Numbered from the stretch's first letter, positions 11,961 through 25,421 are shown. The stretch: 64,000 bases of DNA from Eledone cirrhosa (GCA_964016885.1 OZ024747.1:30752001-30816000); one strand, 5' to 3'. Translations and numbers: made by a program. Notes: generated from the sequence alone by a model not told the origin.

Positions 11961-14900
11961 TGTATCCTGGGTTCAATCAGGGTAACCACAGTAAGTAAGG
12001 TACTCGATACATAGCGGAGTATAAATGTTTAATATAGGAATAGCTTCTACAGGACTAGAACTGTTTCATTCGAAGGAAATCATTATATATATCAGATGGT
12101 TGTATTCAATATTGTGTGGTGGAAATTTTATATATATATATATATGTATATTTATATATATATATATATATGTAATGAATATATAGTAAATATATATGTG
12201 TGTATTCCAATATATTTTCTATTGATCTATTTGTTGCATTATGAACTACTGTTAACCTATACTATATCAATGTTTGCTGTGATAAAACACATTAATTGCA
12301 ATGACACACCATATATTTCAATGACTTTACACATGCAATTATTGTATGCTTTGTGTTTCAATGATACTGCATATGTGTAAGTGTTTCGATGATACTCTAT
12401 GTGGGTGTATGTGTGAGTGTATGAGTGTTTCGAAGATAGTGTGTATGTGTGTCTGTGTTTCGATGATACTTCATGTGTGTGTATGTGTGTGTGTATGTGT
12501 GTGGGTGATTGTGCATGAATCTCCAAGCTAGAATATAACTGCCAAAAAGCAAACATACAGAAACAATGAATATTTAAAAACATAAATAATTAAATACTTC
12601 AAAAGTGTACATTTTATTAAATGTATTTCACTTTTGTGCTTTTCCTATAAGTATCCAAATGTAAAAACAATGCCGATATGAGAGAAGTGGTAAAAAATCA
12701 TCTAGGGATGAAGGAATGTTTAGTCTAATCAAAAATAAACTGTCCTTGTGACACCGAAACAAATTGTATCTAGTCCCTGTGATAAAGTAGTTGATGAAAG
12801 AGGGTATCTAGCTACAGAAACTATGCCCAAATAATGATTTCTGATTTGGGCACAAGACCAAGAATTCTTTTTTTTTGGGGGGGGGGGGTCGATTAAATCA
12901 ACCGCAGTATGCTACTGGTACTTTATTTTATCAACCCTGTAAGGATGAAAGGCAAAGCTAACCTCAGCAGGATTTGAACTTAGAATGTTAAGAACCAGAA
13001 ACATACTGGTAAGCATTAGTTCGATGCTCTAACAATTCTGCCAATCCACTGCCCTCTATGTCAAAATAATGTCAACAATAACAGGGTTGACTGAGTTTTG
13101 TTTTCTGTTGCTATGTGTACCAGATGATAAAGTACCATAAGAGATGACCAGATGTTATGAGTTCAGATATCAAAATACCATAACAAGAGACACTGGAATT
13201 GACAAGGAAGACCTACAAACCTTGATGGGAAACAGAGACTATTGGCATGAAGTTGTGCTTGCTGTGTCATCTAATGGATAAGGATACAACATTTTTATAA
13301 TGTTGCAGATCAAATCAAATTACCTGCTACTGGTATGTGGAGGGTGGTTGGACACTCTGATAGGACAAAAAATAATAATACTTATCTGCAATGGTGGATA
13401 AATTCAACAAGGAGTGAAAAGCCATTCATAAAACCTACAAATTAATCTTGAGTCTAGTGTTGCTGATTCTCTTTGCAATCCTTGCACTTGGTTGTCCCTC
13501 ATAGACATACTGGCCTTACATATTTCTCTATCTTAAGAATCTTCTTGATAAATATAAGGGCCATTCAAGGTGACTTAAATCATTCCTGGTTAAGATTATC
13601 ACCATCTCATGTTAACCATCAATCATTTCCCTCCACAGAGATGAACTATGTTTACATGTACTAACTACTGATGAGTGATGTTGTTTCTGTGTTATCGAAA
13701 AGATAACACTGCAGCTTTCTTAATCACATTCTGTATTTCATCACGTTTACTCAATATGTAACTACTCACTCCACAAAATAAAACACAATACACATTTAAA
13801 AATTTCTAACCATTTGCACACATAAAAACACACACACACACACACACATGTATATCCTCACTCTGGCACAAAGAAAAATACATTAGCACACTGTTATAAA
13901 TATTTCATTCCAGAAAGTGTTTTGCAGTATATTTTAAGGCTGTATATATCCATACTGGTGCACACATACTGCTTTCAGCTTCTAAATAGATTCACATAAA
14001 ACTATATTGATGCATTTGAGAATGCAGCTATATAATCTCTACATATAATGTAAGTTTCTCTATGACATATACTGATACATGTCATGAAGACTCTGTTATA
14101 TTTGGTAATTTATAGATTTCTGATTCATTTAGAGAGGTAGGAGAACAACAACAACAACAATCTTTTGCTATTTGGGGTTCTCTGTAATAGAAACAATTCA
14201 ATTTACGCTCCCTCTCTATCCTTTATTTTTGTTATTAATTTGATATTTAGAAAGAAAGAAAATGGACCTCCCCTACCTCCTGCGCCACTTCAACCCAGTA
14301 TTAATATAATCCATTGTAGTATACCAATGTTGAAATACATTTGGGAATAAGCTCAGATTTGGTAGAGTTTTTATGATCGATTCTTTTAAGTTAATATATA
14401 TATATATATGTGTGTGTGTATATGCATATATATATACCATCATATTTGTTTAACGTCAATTTTTTCACACTTGCATATAATTATATATATATATATATAT
14501 ATATGAATAAAGTTAGTCCTTCATCAGTGATCTTCCAACCATCATTGGTATTTCATCGCTTTAAAGACCATATACCTCCGGTTGGTGCGAGCAACGGCTA
14601 AAAAAAGTCGTTGGGACTCGTAAATAAAGGGGACACGAGAGTGTAAACAAATAAAGATGGTGAAGCAATGAAAAGTGAGGGAGAAAGAGTCAAGTCCCAA
14701 ATTTCCATGAATATAAGTTCGGTGAAATCGTGAACGAGAGAGAATAAAGACCATCAAACCTGGTTGGAATGTGAACGAGGAAGGAATTCCGTGCAGGTCT
14801 AACGGGAGGAAGAAGGAATCTAGTCTGTGAATTCGGTGAACATAAGTTCTGTGAAATCGTAGACGAATACATACTTATAATATCCATCTGCCCCTGTGCC

Positions 14901-16984
14901 TGTGTCTTCCTTTTAACTTTATCTGTTGCCAATTCTACTATATATATATATATATATATACCCACAAACATATATATACACAACTATATATATACACACA
15001 CACAAATAAATATTTTTATTCTACAGGAAACCTAATGAAATATTTTTGTAGTTCTCTACTCTATACTATGAAATATCTGATAAATTGTTAATATATTTCA
15101 CACACTACTAATATAAATAGCCATTACAGTTACAAAAGAGAAGACAGTTCATCTAATGATATGTACAAACAAGAAGATGTAGTTAAAAGGTTTGGTTTAC
15201 AAACATATGGTTTCAGGTTCAGTCCCAGCTTAGGTAAATATTTTCTACTATATCTTTAAACTGACCAATACATTTTGAGTAAAATTTGAGTGACGGAATG
15301 TCTCTGACAGCCCATCATACATATACACAGACACAGGGCTGGATTTATAGGTGGGGTGGAGGAGGGGGGATGCTCTGGGCACTCCTTGTCAAATAGGGGC
15401 CCCTCTAGGAACAGTCATGAGCCCCTACCAAACCTGAACCACTCTGGATCCCCTAAACCTGAAGTGCCCTAGGTCCCCAAAATCTGATGGAAATGAATGT
15501 GGAAGGAAGTAGAGTAAGGGGATGACCATGAAAGATATGGATAAATATATCTAGGATAAATGTTGACAATATCATATAGACATAATGAAGCCATTTTCCT
15601 GATGCCATGTCTTCATATTCAGCATAATATATAAAATATTATGCTGAATATTCTCCGTTTGATAGAATTTATTATTTCTTTCTTTATCTGATATATTTTC
15701 TGTCTTATCTGCTATGATCTGAAAAGCTTACTTTTAATGTTATTGCCTGAAACAAGTGAATTTTATCTACTTTGTAAAAAAAGGCTCTACATTTAAGTGA
15801 ATTAATGACAACAAAATTAACAAAAGCAACAACTACAACCACTACCACCACCTCTTCTACTACCTCCACTAGCACCACTACTAGTACTATCTCCCCCCCT
15901 TACTACTACTACTACCATTACTGCTGTTGATTCATTTTCCTTGCAGTTCAATAATTCTAGTTATGTAAAATTACTGTTATTTTATCATTTCATGTGAAAG
16001 CTGTCAAAACAAGCATGATTTCTATTAATTCTCAATAAAACAAAAACCAAAGACCAAAACTAAAACTAAAAAGCCTTAATTGAAATGATACTATTATCTG
16101 TGGCTATAATAGAGCACCATTGCAATTTACAGATATATGAAGTAAATTAAATGCAATGATTGTCCACTAGGTAATACAATTATAGAAATGAAGGATTGAA
16201 AAAAGAATTATCATAACACTTTATCTGGATCTAATTATGAAAGCAACACTGGGAATTTCATTAGTCTTTTTTACACAAAGAATGGTTTTTCATTAGCTAG
16301 TCTGCCATCAGTAGTGTTACAAAACCTTCTATATTTGTTTTAACTAACATCTTTTTTTTCTTCTCCATTTAATGTACATCCAGTAAAGATTCTGCACAAC
16401 TATGTAGCCAGCAATCCATCACATTAATCACACAGCTATAAAAGCTTCTATGATTGAATATATACTTCAATTGTGCCATGAGTTTGAACAACGTTTCTAA
16501 GGTCTGTATAAACTAGATCATTCTGGGATTCTCTGGTCCTTTAGCTTTTTCTAAACTAATTTTCATGATTACTACTGGACATTAGAGCACTGGATTCATT
16601 ACAGCCTAGATAGATATGTAGATAGACAGATAGCTGATAATGATGATGATGATGATGAGTACTCAACTGAGACTTATTCTGCTGACCCCCTTCCTCCCTA
16701 GAAGGATGAATGGCAACATTGAGCTAGGCAAGAGTTGAACACAGAATACAACTAAATATCACAAAGAGGAGAGGGAAGAGAAAAAGGGTGTAGGAAGAGA
16801 AGATTGAGTCGACAGAGGAGGGAGGGAAATAGTATGATGAGTGGGGGAAGAAGAGGAGGTGAAGGTGAAGGCAGAGAGGGATGAAAACCCACAATAACTG
16901 GCAATGAAAACACTGCAACAACTCTGGGAAACTAAACCAGAACAACCTGCCATCCTCTACACACTAACATAAACTGCAAGCAGA

Positions 16985-18010
16985 GTACAAATTATTGTCC
17001 TTAAATGCTCGCAGTTTATGCAACAAGATACATCTGTTTAACTCCTATGTCAGAAGCATCGACTCTGACTTCATCACCGTCATGGAAACATGGGCACATT
17101 CCTTGCTCTGTGATGGGGTTTTCAGCATTACTGGGAACAACCTGTTCTGCAAGGACCGCATTAATTGCTGTGGTGGTGGTGTGATGAGCTACGTTCGTTC
17201 AAATTTCTCGGTAATTCCTTGCATTGATTTGAATGAATCACAAGAAGACGTTTTTTTCTGTGACATACGTATGACCATGTCAACACTTCTGCTTGGTGTT
17301 GTTTATCGCCACTAAACTACCATCAGGACACACAGCTTTGCGATATCCTCAGAGCTGCTGTCAGGAAAACAGCCACTTATGTGTTTATTTCAGGTGACTT
17401 TAATCATCCTGAGATTGATTGGGAAACCTTTCGTTGGCCACAAAGTGCAAACGATTTCCTTGAGCAAGTGCTGGACTCAAACTGCCTTGAGCAAGTGCTG
17501 GACTCAAACTGGTCACAAATAGTCGCCTCTCCAACAAGAGGTGACAACACTTTGAACCTGCTCTTCCCCACTACTCCTGAAGTGGTTATCAGGTGTACTA
17601 CTGAGGAACATCTAGGCGACTCTGATCATGCTATGATCATTGCCAATCTGGCTCTTGCGGGCAGCAACAAAAACCAGAACCATCTCCAATCTGCTTGCTT
17701 TGATTGGAAGAAAGCAGATTGGAACTTGAACTGCACTGAGCTACAGCACCCAAACTGGCATGAGTTCTATAACTCTGGAGATGTGAACACTATACTCCAG
17801 AGCATCTGGACTCAATATGGATAGTGTGTGCAGCATAAGTGCCACGTAAGCAGAAAAAAAAACCACCCCAAAAGTGCAATTTGGGAAACTTCAGCAGTCC
17901 GACTTGCCAGAAAAGGACGTTGGAATGCTGAACGGGAATATAAACTGCATAAATCAGATGCCAACAGAAAATAGCGGAATAAATCTTCCAACCATCTCAA
18001 GGAAGTGACA
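16985..18010 (+). mobile_element. Decayed CR1/L2/Jockey-group LINE fragment (AP endonuclease)
   Basis: LNARSL.NK, ETW, GGGVMSYV, GVVYR, GDFNHPEIDW, PTRGDN.L, LGDSDH motifs, broken by stops and frameshifts. Confidence 0.85.
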
Positions 18011-18055
18011 AATTTTAAAATAAATTTAAAAAAATTCACTGTATATACTATATGT

Positions 18056-18137
18056 GCCTTTACCGCAGTTTCAGATCCCCAAACAAATAGATAATCCAAG
18101 CGAATTTCCATTGAGAAAGAGATCTTCGTCAGAAGGC
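18056..18137 (-). ncRNA. Type I hammerhead ribozyme, intact (second copy)
   Basis: GCCTT-CTGACGA-AGATCTC...GGGATCT-GAAA-CTGCGG-TA-AAGGC. GUA site at 18061. Confidence 0.88.
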
Positions 18138-18529
18138 TTTTCTCTCTCGGAGAATATAAAATTCCCGAGTTCAAAATACAAACTGGTGCCATACAAAACT
18201 GCCCCAGCAAATGAATGATGAAACAATTTTGTCTAGCACCGTGTGCAAAGACTGAAAGCAAGGTGGACAGGTCAATCTCTTGCTACTAAAAATAGCAGCC
18301 GTTCAAATGACCAAATGTTTCTCTACTGTTGGGGAGAATAATAATAAAAGTATGTGTTCCTACATGTAAATAATACACATAGGGATACAAGTATAGTCCG
18401 ACCGTATGCTTGTGTAGTTCAATGGTAAGTTAATAATTTAACAAGCCAGAACATATGAAATCAAGGGAAAGCAAATGAAGAAAAAAATTTAAAATAAATT
18501 TCAAAAAATTCACTGTACTTACTATATAT

Positions 18530-18611
18530 GCCTTTACCGCGGTTTCAGATCCCAAAACAAATAAATAATCCAAGCGGATTTCCATTGAGAAAGAGATCTT
18601 CATCAGAAGGC
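18530..18611 (-). ncRNA. Type I hammerhead ribozyme, intact
   Basis: GCCTT-CTGATGA-AGATCTC...GGGATCT-GAAA-CCGCGG-TA-AAGGC. GUA site at 18535. Confidence 0.9.
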
Positions 18612-18855
18612 TTTTCTCGAAGATCTCTTTCTCAATGGAAATCCATTTGGATTATCTATTTGTTTTGGGATCTGAAACCGCAGTAAAGGCACATATAGTA
18701 AGTACAGTGAATTTTTTGAAATTTATTTAAACATTTTTTCTTTATATATATATATATATATATATACACATGTACATTCATATATATATTTATATGTGTA
18801 TAAGTAGGGAAACACAAAGCAGGCTCTGTTTACAAACAGCTAGCGAATTTGAAAA

Positions 18856-19058
18856 TTAGGCAGTAAAATGTACTTATGCTGTATTTGACTACATAGGATT
18901 AGTCTGTTAGTTGGGATTTTAAAAAACCCTCTAAATGGATAAAAGGATGAGTATTGATGTACTCATCATTTTATCCATTCAGAGGTTTTTTTAAAATCCC
19001 AATAAACAGACTAATCCTATGTAGTCAAATATGGTGTAAGTACATGTTACTGCCTAAT
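18856..19058. repeat. Fold-back inverted repeat (about 100-bp arms, 6-nt loop)
   Basis: attaggcagtaa...ggatgagta / tactcatc...ttactgcctaat. No HHR core found. Confidence 0.85.
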
Positions 19059-19167
19059 ATATCTATATACTACTAAAATTCTGATCTTGGTTGGTTGGTT
19101 GGTTGCTTGCTTGCTTGCTTGCTTGCACACACTTTCTCTATATATATATGTTCATATTTGTGAATAT

Positions 19168-19890
19168 ACAGGTTGTCCCCACAAAAATGTATACCCACTT
19201 TGATTGCCTATACATGCATTATTTGTTAGGATGGTGTATACATTTTTAGGGACCCCGGTATTATTATATATATATATATAGTGTCCCCGAAAAATGTATA
19301 CACACTTTGATTACCTGTACAGGCAATATATATATTAGAATGGTGTATACATTTTTAGGGACCCCGGTATATATATATATATATGGTGTCCCCAAAAAAT
19401 GTATACACACTTTGATTATCTGTACAGGCAATATATATATTAGAATGGTGTATACATTTTTAGGGACCCCGGGATATATATATATATATATATTTGGTGT
19501 CCCCGAAAAATGTATACACACTTTGATTATCTGTACAGGCAATATATATATTAGAATGGTGTATACATTTTTAGGGACCCCGGTATATATATATGGTGTC
19601 CCTGAAAAATGTATACACACTTTGATTACCTGTACAGGCAATATATATATATTAGAATGGTGTATACACTTTTAGGGACCCCGGTATATATATATATATA
19701 TATATATATAGTGTCCCCGAAAAATGTATACACACTTTGATTACCTGTACAGGCAATATATATATTAGAATGGTGTATACATTTTTAGGGACCCCGGTAT
19801 ATATATATGGTGTCCCTGAAAAATGTATACACACTTTGATTACCTGTACAGACAATATATATATATTAGAATGGTGTATACATTTTTATA
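19168..19890. repeat. Tandem array of 7 units (about 100-116 bp), each resembling a Tc1/mariner MITE
   Basis: Unit gtgtccccgaaaaatgtatacac...gtgtatacatttttagggaccccgg, with units separated by short (TA)n. Confidence 0.85.
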
Positions 19891-21366
19891 CTGGGGGCAT
19901 TACTTCAAACACATTTAGAAATAAATAATATATATATAAAAACAAATAATACCTCTCCTCCATCTTATTTTTCTCTTTATCTGTGTGTTTTCACCAAGAA
20001 AAAATTTTCCCTTCTGCCACTGTTCACTCTCCTGTATCTTTCTATTTCTTTAATTTCTCATTCTATTTTCTGATTCAGAACTACCGCCTGAAACTTTGTG
20101 ACTTTTTCCTACTATATCAAGCATAAAACTAATATATTTTGTCAATGTACTGTGTTGTTTGCTTTGTTATTTCTGTTTACATTTTGCATATAAGTATATA
20201 CATGCTTGAACATACAAGTCGAATCAGCTTGGCAATGCGGTCGGGATCTTATCTATCTTTATACCCACTCTGTATCTCTCCATGCATTGAATACTTCCAT
20301 GTTTAGTGGTACCCCCCCCCCTCTCTCTCTATATATATATACATACACACACAGAGTGAGAGAATGGATGTGGGAAAGAGTTACAGAAGAAAAATCAACT
20401 CCAGTAAGTACTAGATTCATATTATTTTATCGACTTGAATGGATGAAAGGCAAAGTCGAGCTTGGCAGGATTTGAATTCTGAGAGCAGAGAAAAACATGT
20501 ATCGGAAAGCATTCTATCTGATGTTCTAATGACTCTGCCAATTCATAGCCTTACTCATCATTAGATTTATAAAATAAAGTACCAATACACTTCACTTTCT
20601 CCTCCCCTAAAATTACAGGCCTTGCACCTAAATTAGAAACAAACACACCCTCCACCAACATCAGGATCACCACCATCTCCATCATCATGAAACATGATTT
20701 TTTAATGATATATGTCATTATGATTTATCCTGAGAGGTTTAAATTGCAATCTGATATTACATATACCAAACTCTCAATTCTTTCAGAAGACAATGTGTTT
20801 GCAGAGAATTAAAACTCAAAATATATTTTTAATGTAATATGGAAATTCATTAATATACTATATTTGGAAATAATAATTTCCAAAGAATTTTCAAAATAAA
20901 TTTGATATATTCCTCAGCTGCCAAATAGTATATTAAAAAAAAACTCAACAATAAATATTCTTTCTGTGTAATTTGAATAAAATATAAAAAACTAGAACAT
21001 GCAATTCTTCAAGTGGATTGCAGGAATAATTAATTTTGCCTCCGCCACATCTATCTATATCTTACTGGTTCTGTCTATAGTAAGATAATTTATGAGTGTA
21101 CAAATCTTGAAATATGATAGCAAAACTTATCAAATGATATTAAGAATACAACAGTATACATACAAGCATTTATCTGTGAAAGAATACATTTATACATGTA
21201 CCTACATGTTTGACATATGCATACATACACATAAATACATATATATATATATATATAGATATGAACATATTTATATGTGTATATATACATATATACATAT
21301 ATATACATATGGGTTATGTGGCAGATTTCTGTAGGACTTAAATTCACACACACACACATACACACA

Positions 21367-21418
<52 letters not shown>

Positions 21419-21627
21419 GTTATACTTGGGGAGGGTCATATTTGTGTAATATTGCCAGAATTAATAACAGAACACACTCACTGTTTGGTTGGTTTTCGCT
21501 TTTCGCTTCTGTGTCTTTTATATCGGTAATCTAATATAATATACTCGGTCCTCAATGTTGCCATTGACTGACCCACGGTCAAAAATAATACAGATACAAT
21601 ATAGACACAAACACATATATATAGTTT

Positions 21628-21669
21628 ATCATAAATCGTTCGTTGCACATCTGCAACATCATCAGTGGT
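21628..21669 (-). ncRNA. Degenerate HHR in the Penelope pLTR (mirror copy 22882-22923 +)
   Basis: CTGATGA-T-GTTGCA(GATG)TGCAAC-GAAC-GATTTA. The other copy reads CTGACGA...AAAA-GATTTA. The consensus of the two restores GAAA. Confidence 0.7.
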
Positions 21670-21959
21670 TCTATTGTTTCCTCCTGTTGAATTGTATGGC
21701 TACGCCATTTTTATTCAGTCTGTCTATATATTTATTTATTTATTTGCTTGTTTGTTTATTTTATTTTGTCTTCTTTGTGCATGCGTTTGCGTGTGTGTAT
21801 AGTGTTTTGTTTGATGTGTGATGTGTGTTCGTGATTGGGTGACTAATGTGTGTTTATGTGTTTGTTGTTATTGTGCTTGTGTATGTATTTATTTATTTAT
21901 TTTATTTTATTTTATTTACTTATTTATACTTCTCTTAGGTCAGTGTTGTTTGTTTGGGT

Positions 21960-22555
21960 GTTGTTCTTATTCCATTCATTCTTTCTGTTTAGTCTTGGTC
22001 TTCTAATTTCTATTTCACTGGCCTCTCTGATTTGCCTATCTGCTGGGTCATTTCTATGTTTAGATATTATTCTAATTTCTATGTTGTCTATGTTACCGTC
22101 ATGTTGTTGTCTGGCATGTTCGTATAGTACTGACCCGTTTTTTCATCCTTTTAGTTCCCCCCAGTGTTGGTCTATCCTTTCACCTATGCTACGAACTGTC
22201 TCACCTATGTATGTTGTTGTCATGTTTCTGCAGGTACCCTCTGTACATCTTATGCTATAGACTACGTTTCTAGTTTTACAGTTTATCTGGGGGTTTACCT
22301 TACATATGATACATTTCCTATTGGTACAGTGGGTTTTCTTAAAAGGGTAGGTTTTGCTGATCAGGGATTTTATGGTGGTTCCTGGCTTTTCTACCACCTT
22401 TATTTTTAAGTGGGTCTTTCTCATGGCCTTTCTACACTGGTTAGCTAATTTCCCTCCAGGGGTAGCGTCCACAAACATGACACTCTGGCATCTCTGGTTG
22501 TCGTACCACGAGGTGGCTTTCCCTATCTTATGTCTAGCCCTATCTAAGCTATTCC
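21960..22555 (-). pseudogene. PLE C-terminal Cys-rich linker plus GIY-YIG endonuclease
   Basis: FVDATPGG, CxxxxCxxC...C, NVVY..C...C...YIGET.R...R...H. Reads through a TGA (22143-22145) into SVLYEHARQQH...RQIREA.EI...PRLNRKNEW (CCHH motif). Confidence 0.9.
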
Positions 22556-23178
22556 ATTAGAAAGAATGAATGGAATAACAACAACACCCAAACAAACAAC
22601 ACTAACCCAAGAGAAGTATAAATAAGTAAATAAAATAAAATAAAATAAATAAATAAATAAATAAATACATACACAAGCACAATAACAACAAACACATAAA
22701 CACACATTAGTCACCCAATCACGAACACACATCACACATCAAACAAAACACTATACACACACGCAAACGCATGCACAAAGAAGACAAAATAAAATAAACA
22801 AACAAGCAAATAAATAAATAAATATAGACAGACTGAATAAAAATGGCGTAGCCATACAATTCAACAGGAGGAAACAATAGAACCACTGACGATGTTGCAG
22901 ATGTGCAACAAAAGATTTATGATAAACTATATATATGTGTTTGTGTCTATATTGTATCTGTATTATTTTTGACCGTGGGTCAGTCAATGGCAACATTGAG
23001 GACCGAGTATATTATATTATATTAGATTACCGATATAAAAGACACAGAAGCGAAAAGCGAAAACCAACCAAACAGTGAGTGTGTTCTGTTATTAATTCTG
23101 GCAATATTACCCAAATATGACCCTCCCCAACAATATTTGTTTCGACACACAATTTCATATAAAAAACCTCGCAAACCT

Positions 23179-23220
<42 letters not shown>

Positions 23221-23223
<3 letters not shown>

Positions 23224-23880
23224 TCATCATCATCATCATCATTTTACGTCCCCATTTCCCTGCTTGCAAGGGTGGGACCGGAACTGATTCTGGCTTGATT
23301 TCTACAGCTGGATGCCCTTCCTAATACCAACCTCATTTACAGTGAGTGCTGGGTGCTTTTTTGCCGTGGCACCTCCACGACCACTTTGCAGTGGAATGAT
23401 AGGGAACCCAGTCCCTATCATCTCATTTCTACAGCTGAGTAAACTGGAGCAATGTGAAATAAAGTGTCTTGCTCAAGGAAACAACACATCACCCGGTCTG
23501 AGAATTGAACTCATATATATATAGAGAGAGGCACATGGCTTAGTGGTTAGAGCATTGGCCTTACAATCGAAAGGTTGTGAGTTCAATTCTCAGACCGGGT
23601 GATGTGTTGTTTCCTTGAGCAAGACACTTTATTTCACATTGCTCCAGTTTACTCAGCTGTAGAAATGAGATGATAGGGACTGGGGTCCATATCATTCCAC
23701 TGCAAAGTGGTCGTGCAGGTGCCATGGCAAAAAAGCACCCAGCACTCACTGTAAATGAGGTTGGTGTTAGGAAGGGCATCCAGCTGTAGAAATCAAGCCA
23801 GAATCAGTTCCCGTCCCACCCTTGTAAGCAGGGAAAAAGCAGACGTAAAATGAAATGATGATGATGATGATGATGATGAT
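23221..23880. mobile_element. Head-to-head pair of tRNA-derived SINEs (23221-23513 -, 5'-truncated; 23529-23880 +)
   Basis: Two near-identical copies in opposite orientation, with A/B boxes and (GAT)n tails. Confidence 0.9.
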
Positions 23881-23975
23881 ATATATATATATGTATGTGT
23901 ATATATATTTATATATGTGAACATATATGTACATGATTTTCTGTGCCAGCATAGAGAAATGGATTTAAAATAATG

Positions 23976-24038
<63 letters not shown>

Positions 24039-24126
24039 TTTGTATATATATATATATATATATACTTTGGGAGGGTCAACACACGATTTCAGATAAAGAA
24101 TCTTGCTAAACAAATTCAGAAACGAA

Positions 24127-24159
<33 letters not shown>

Positions 24160-24498
24160 TACATATTGAGTATATGTTGGTTGTTTACCGACACCTCAGT
24201 ATGCAGTATATTTATAATAAACGAAGCCAGAGTTTATATATTTGACTTAATTATTATATATATATATATATAAATTCGTGTATATGTTGGTTAATTACCG
24301 ACACTTCAGTATGCAGGGTAGAGCACACAACAAAGTGCGCAGGTGGGTCTGTTTACTCTGGAGTAATTTAGAGTAATTTGACCAGTGCTTTTAGAAAACA
24401 ACACCATACTTCATCACCGAGCATATCAAAAATTGAAATAACAGAGATATACTTTATTCAATCGTTATGTTTTTCTGTTTTTTCTGTTCCAATTCTAG

Positions 24499-24555
24499 TT
24501 GTTTGATGAGGTCATAGCTGTTGCATAATGATTATCACCAAAATATATATAACAG
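24499..24555 (+). ncRNA. Decayed hammerhead ribozyme
   Basis: TTGT-TTGATGA-GGT-C-ATAG...TTAT-C-ACC-AAAA-TATATATA-ACAG. Core C3 and G12 are mutated. Confidence 0.6.
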
Positions 24556-24989
24556 AAAATGTGAATAAAGTTAATTTTAACCTGTTGACTTACTCTTCTT
24601 CTTTATATATATTATATATACTAGCAGATAGCAGAAAAATTGCTAGCATGTGTAGTGTGTATATTGATATTATACACAAGTATATATGCATGTAGATATG
24701 ATCAAATAAAATAGTAATTGACAATATACACAGAAATTGACTGTGTTACACTGTCTTATGTAATCAGTAACGTAATCCATGATACATTAAAAAAAGACCA
24801 TATTATATATAAACTGCATTAGGAGACCATATTATATATAAAACATATAAACAGAAAAGACCATATTATATATAAAACATATAAACAGAAAAGACCATAT
24901 TATATATAAACTGCATTAGGAGAAAATTAGCGACAGAAATATATGAATATTTATTTAAACAATCACTAACCGGAAGTGTTGACATTTGT

Positions 24990-25421
24990 ATGCTTAATTA
25001 AAAGCATTTCGAAGACCTTACGCTATTGTTTTAGAGTAGTGACAGTCTCACTTACTGCTAATTAAGCATACAGTGTATTGCAAAATACACTATATATACA
25101 TTCGTATATATATATCACTATTTCAGAGCAGCAATTCTAATTTTCAATTTCTGCTTGACCGGCAACCGCTCTGTATAATCAGTTCCTGATTATTACTAGA
25201 ATTCTATAAGAATCAAACATTCATGATTTTCAGCAAACAGGCGGAGTACTTAGCTTTGATAAGCACCAAAAAGTGCGAAACAGAGCTCTGTCAGCTTTAT
25301 CTCCCTTGTTTGCTGAAAATTAAAGTAAGTGAGACTGTCACTACTCTAAAAAAATAGTGTAAGGTCTTCGAAATGCTTTTAATTAAGCATACAGTGTATT
25401 GCAAAATACACTATATATACA
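24990..25421 (+). mobile_element. Retrozyme-like element: 321-bp unit with terminal redundancy plus an inverted segment (24990-25056)
   Basis: taattaagcatacagtgtattgcaaaatacactatatatac occurs at 25059 and 25380. 24990-25056 is the reverse complement of about 25325-25391. Confidence 0.8.
25252..25296 (+). ncRNA. Hammerhead ribozyme fold with mutated core
   Basis: AGCT-TTGATAA-GCAC(CAAAAA)GTGC-GAAA-CAGAGCTCTG (palindrome)-TC-AGCT. Enclosed by the outer helix TTTTCAGCAAACA/TGTTTGCTGAAAA. Confidence 0.78.

Larger units (their letters stand above)
18011..18740 (-). mobile_element. Retrozyme-like non-coding element: direct repeats (18011-18143, 18485-18617), each with an HHR, plus an inverted partial copy (18619-18740)
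   Basis: Repeats seen directly, 474-bp period, no credible ORF, (TA)n at the right flank. Confidence 0.85.
21427..23130 (-). mobile_element. 5'-truncated Penelope-like element with inverted pseudo-LTRs (about 21427-21985 and 22560-23130)
   Basis: GIY-YIG ORF between arms of about 560 bp, with (TA)n flanks. Confidence 0.92.

Noticed and set aside
13667-13710. CTGATGA...GAAA motif
   Set aside because: Weak stem II, competing hairpin, and no NUH/stem I closure.
19168-19890. CRISPR-like regular repeats (also 46299-46925)
   Set aside because: No unique spacers, no cas genes, eukaryotic intron; these are tandem repeats.
22143-22145. In-frame TGA in the PLE endonuclease as possible selenocysteine (known in Naiad PLEs)
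   Set aside because: Single TGA at a non-Cys position in a truncated C-terminal-EN element. CGA>TGA decay is simpler, and no SECIS was identified.
23529-23600. tRNA gene
   Set aside because: The A/B boxes belong to a multicopy SINE head; no complete cloverleaf or terminator.
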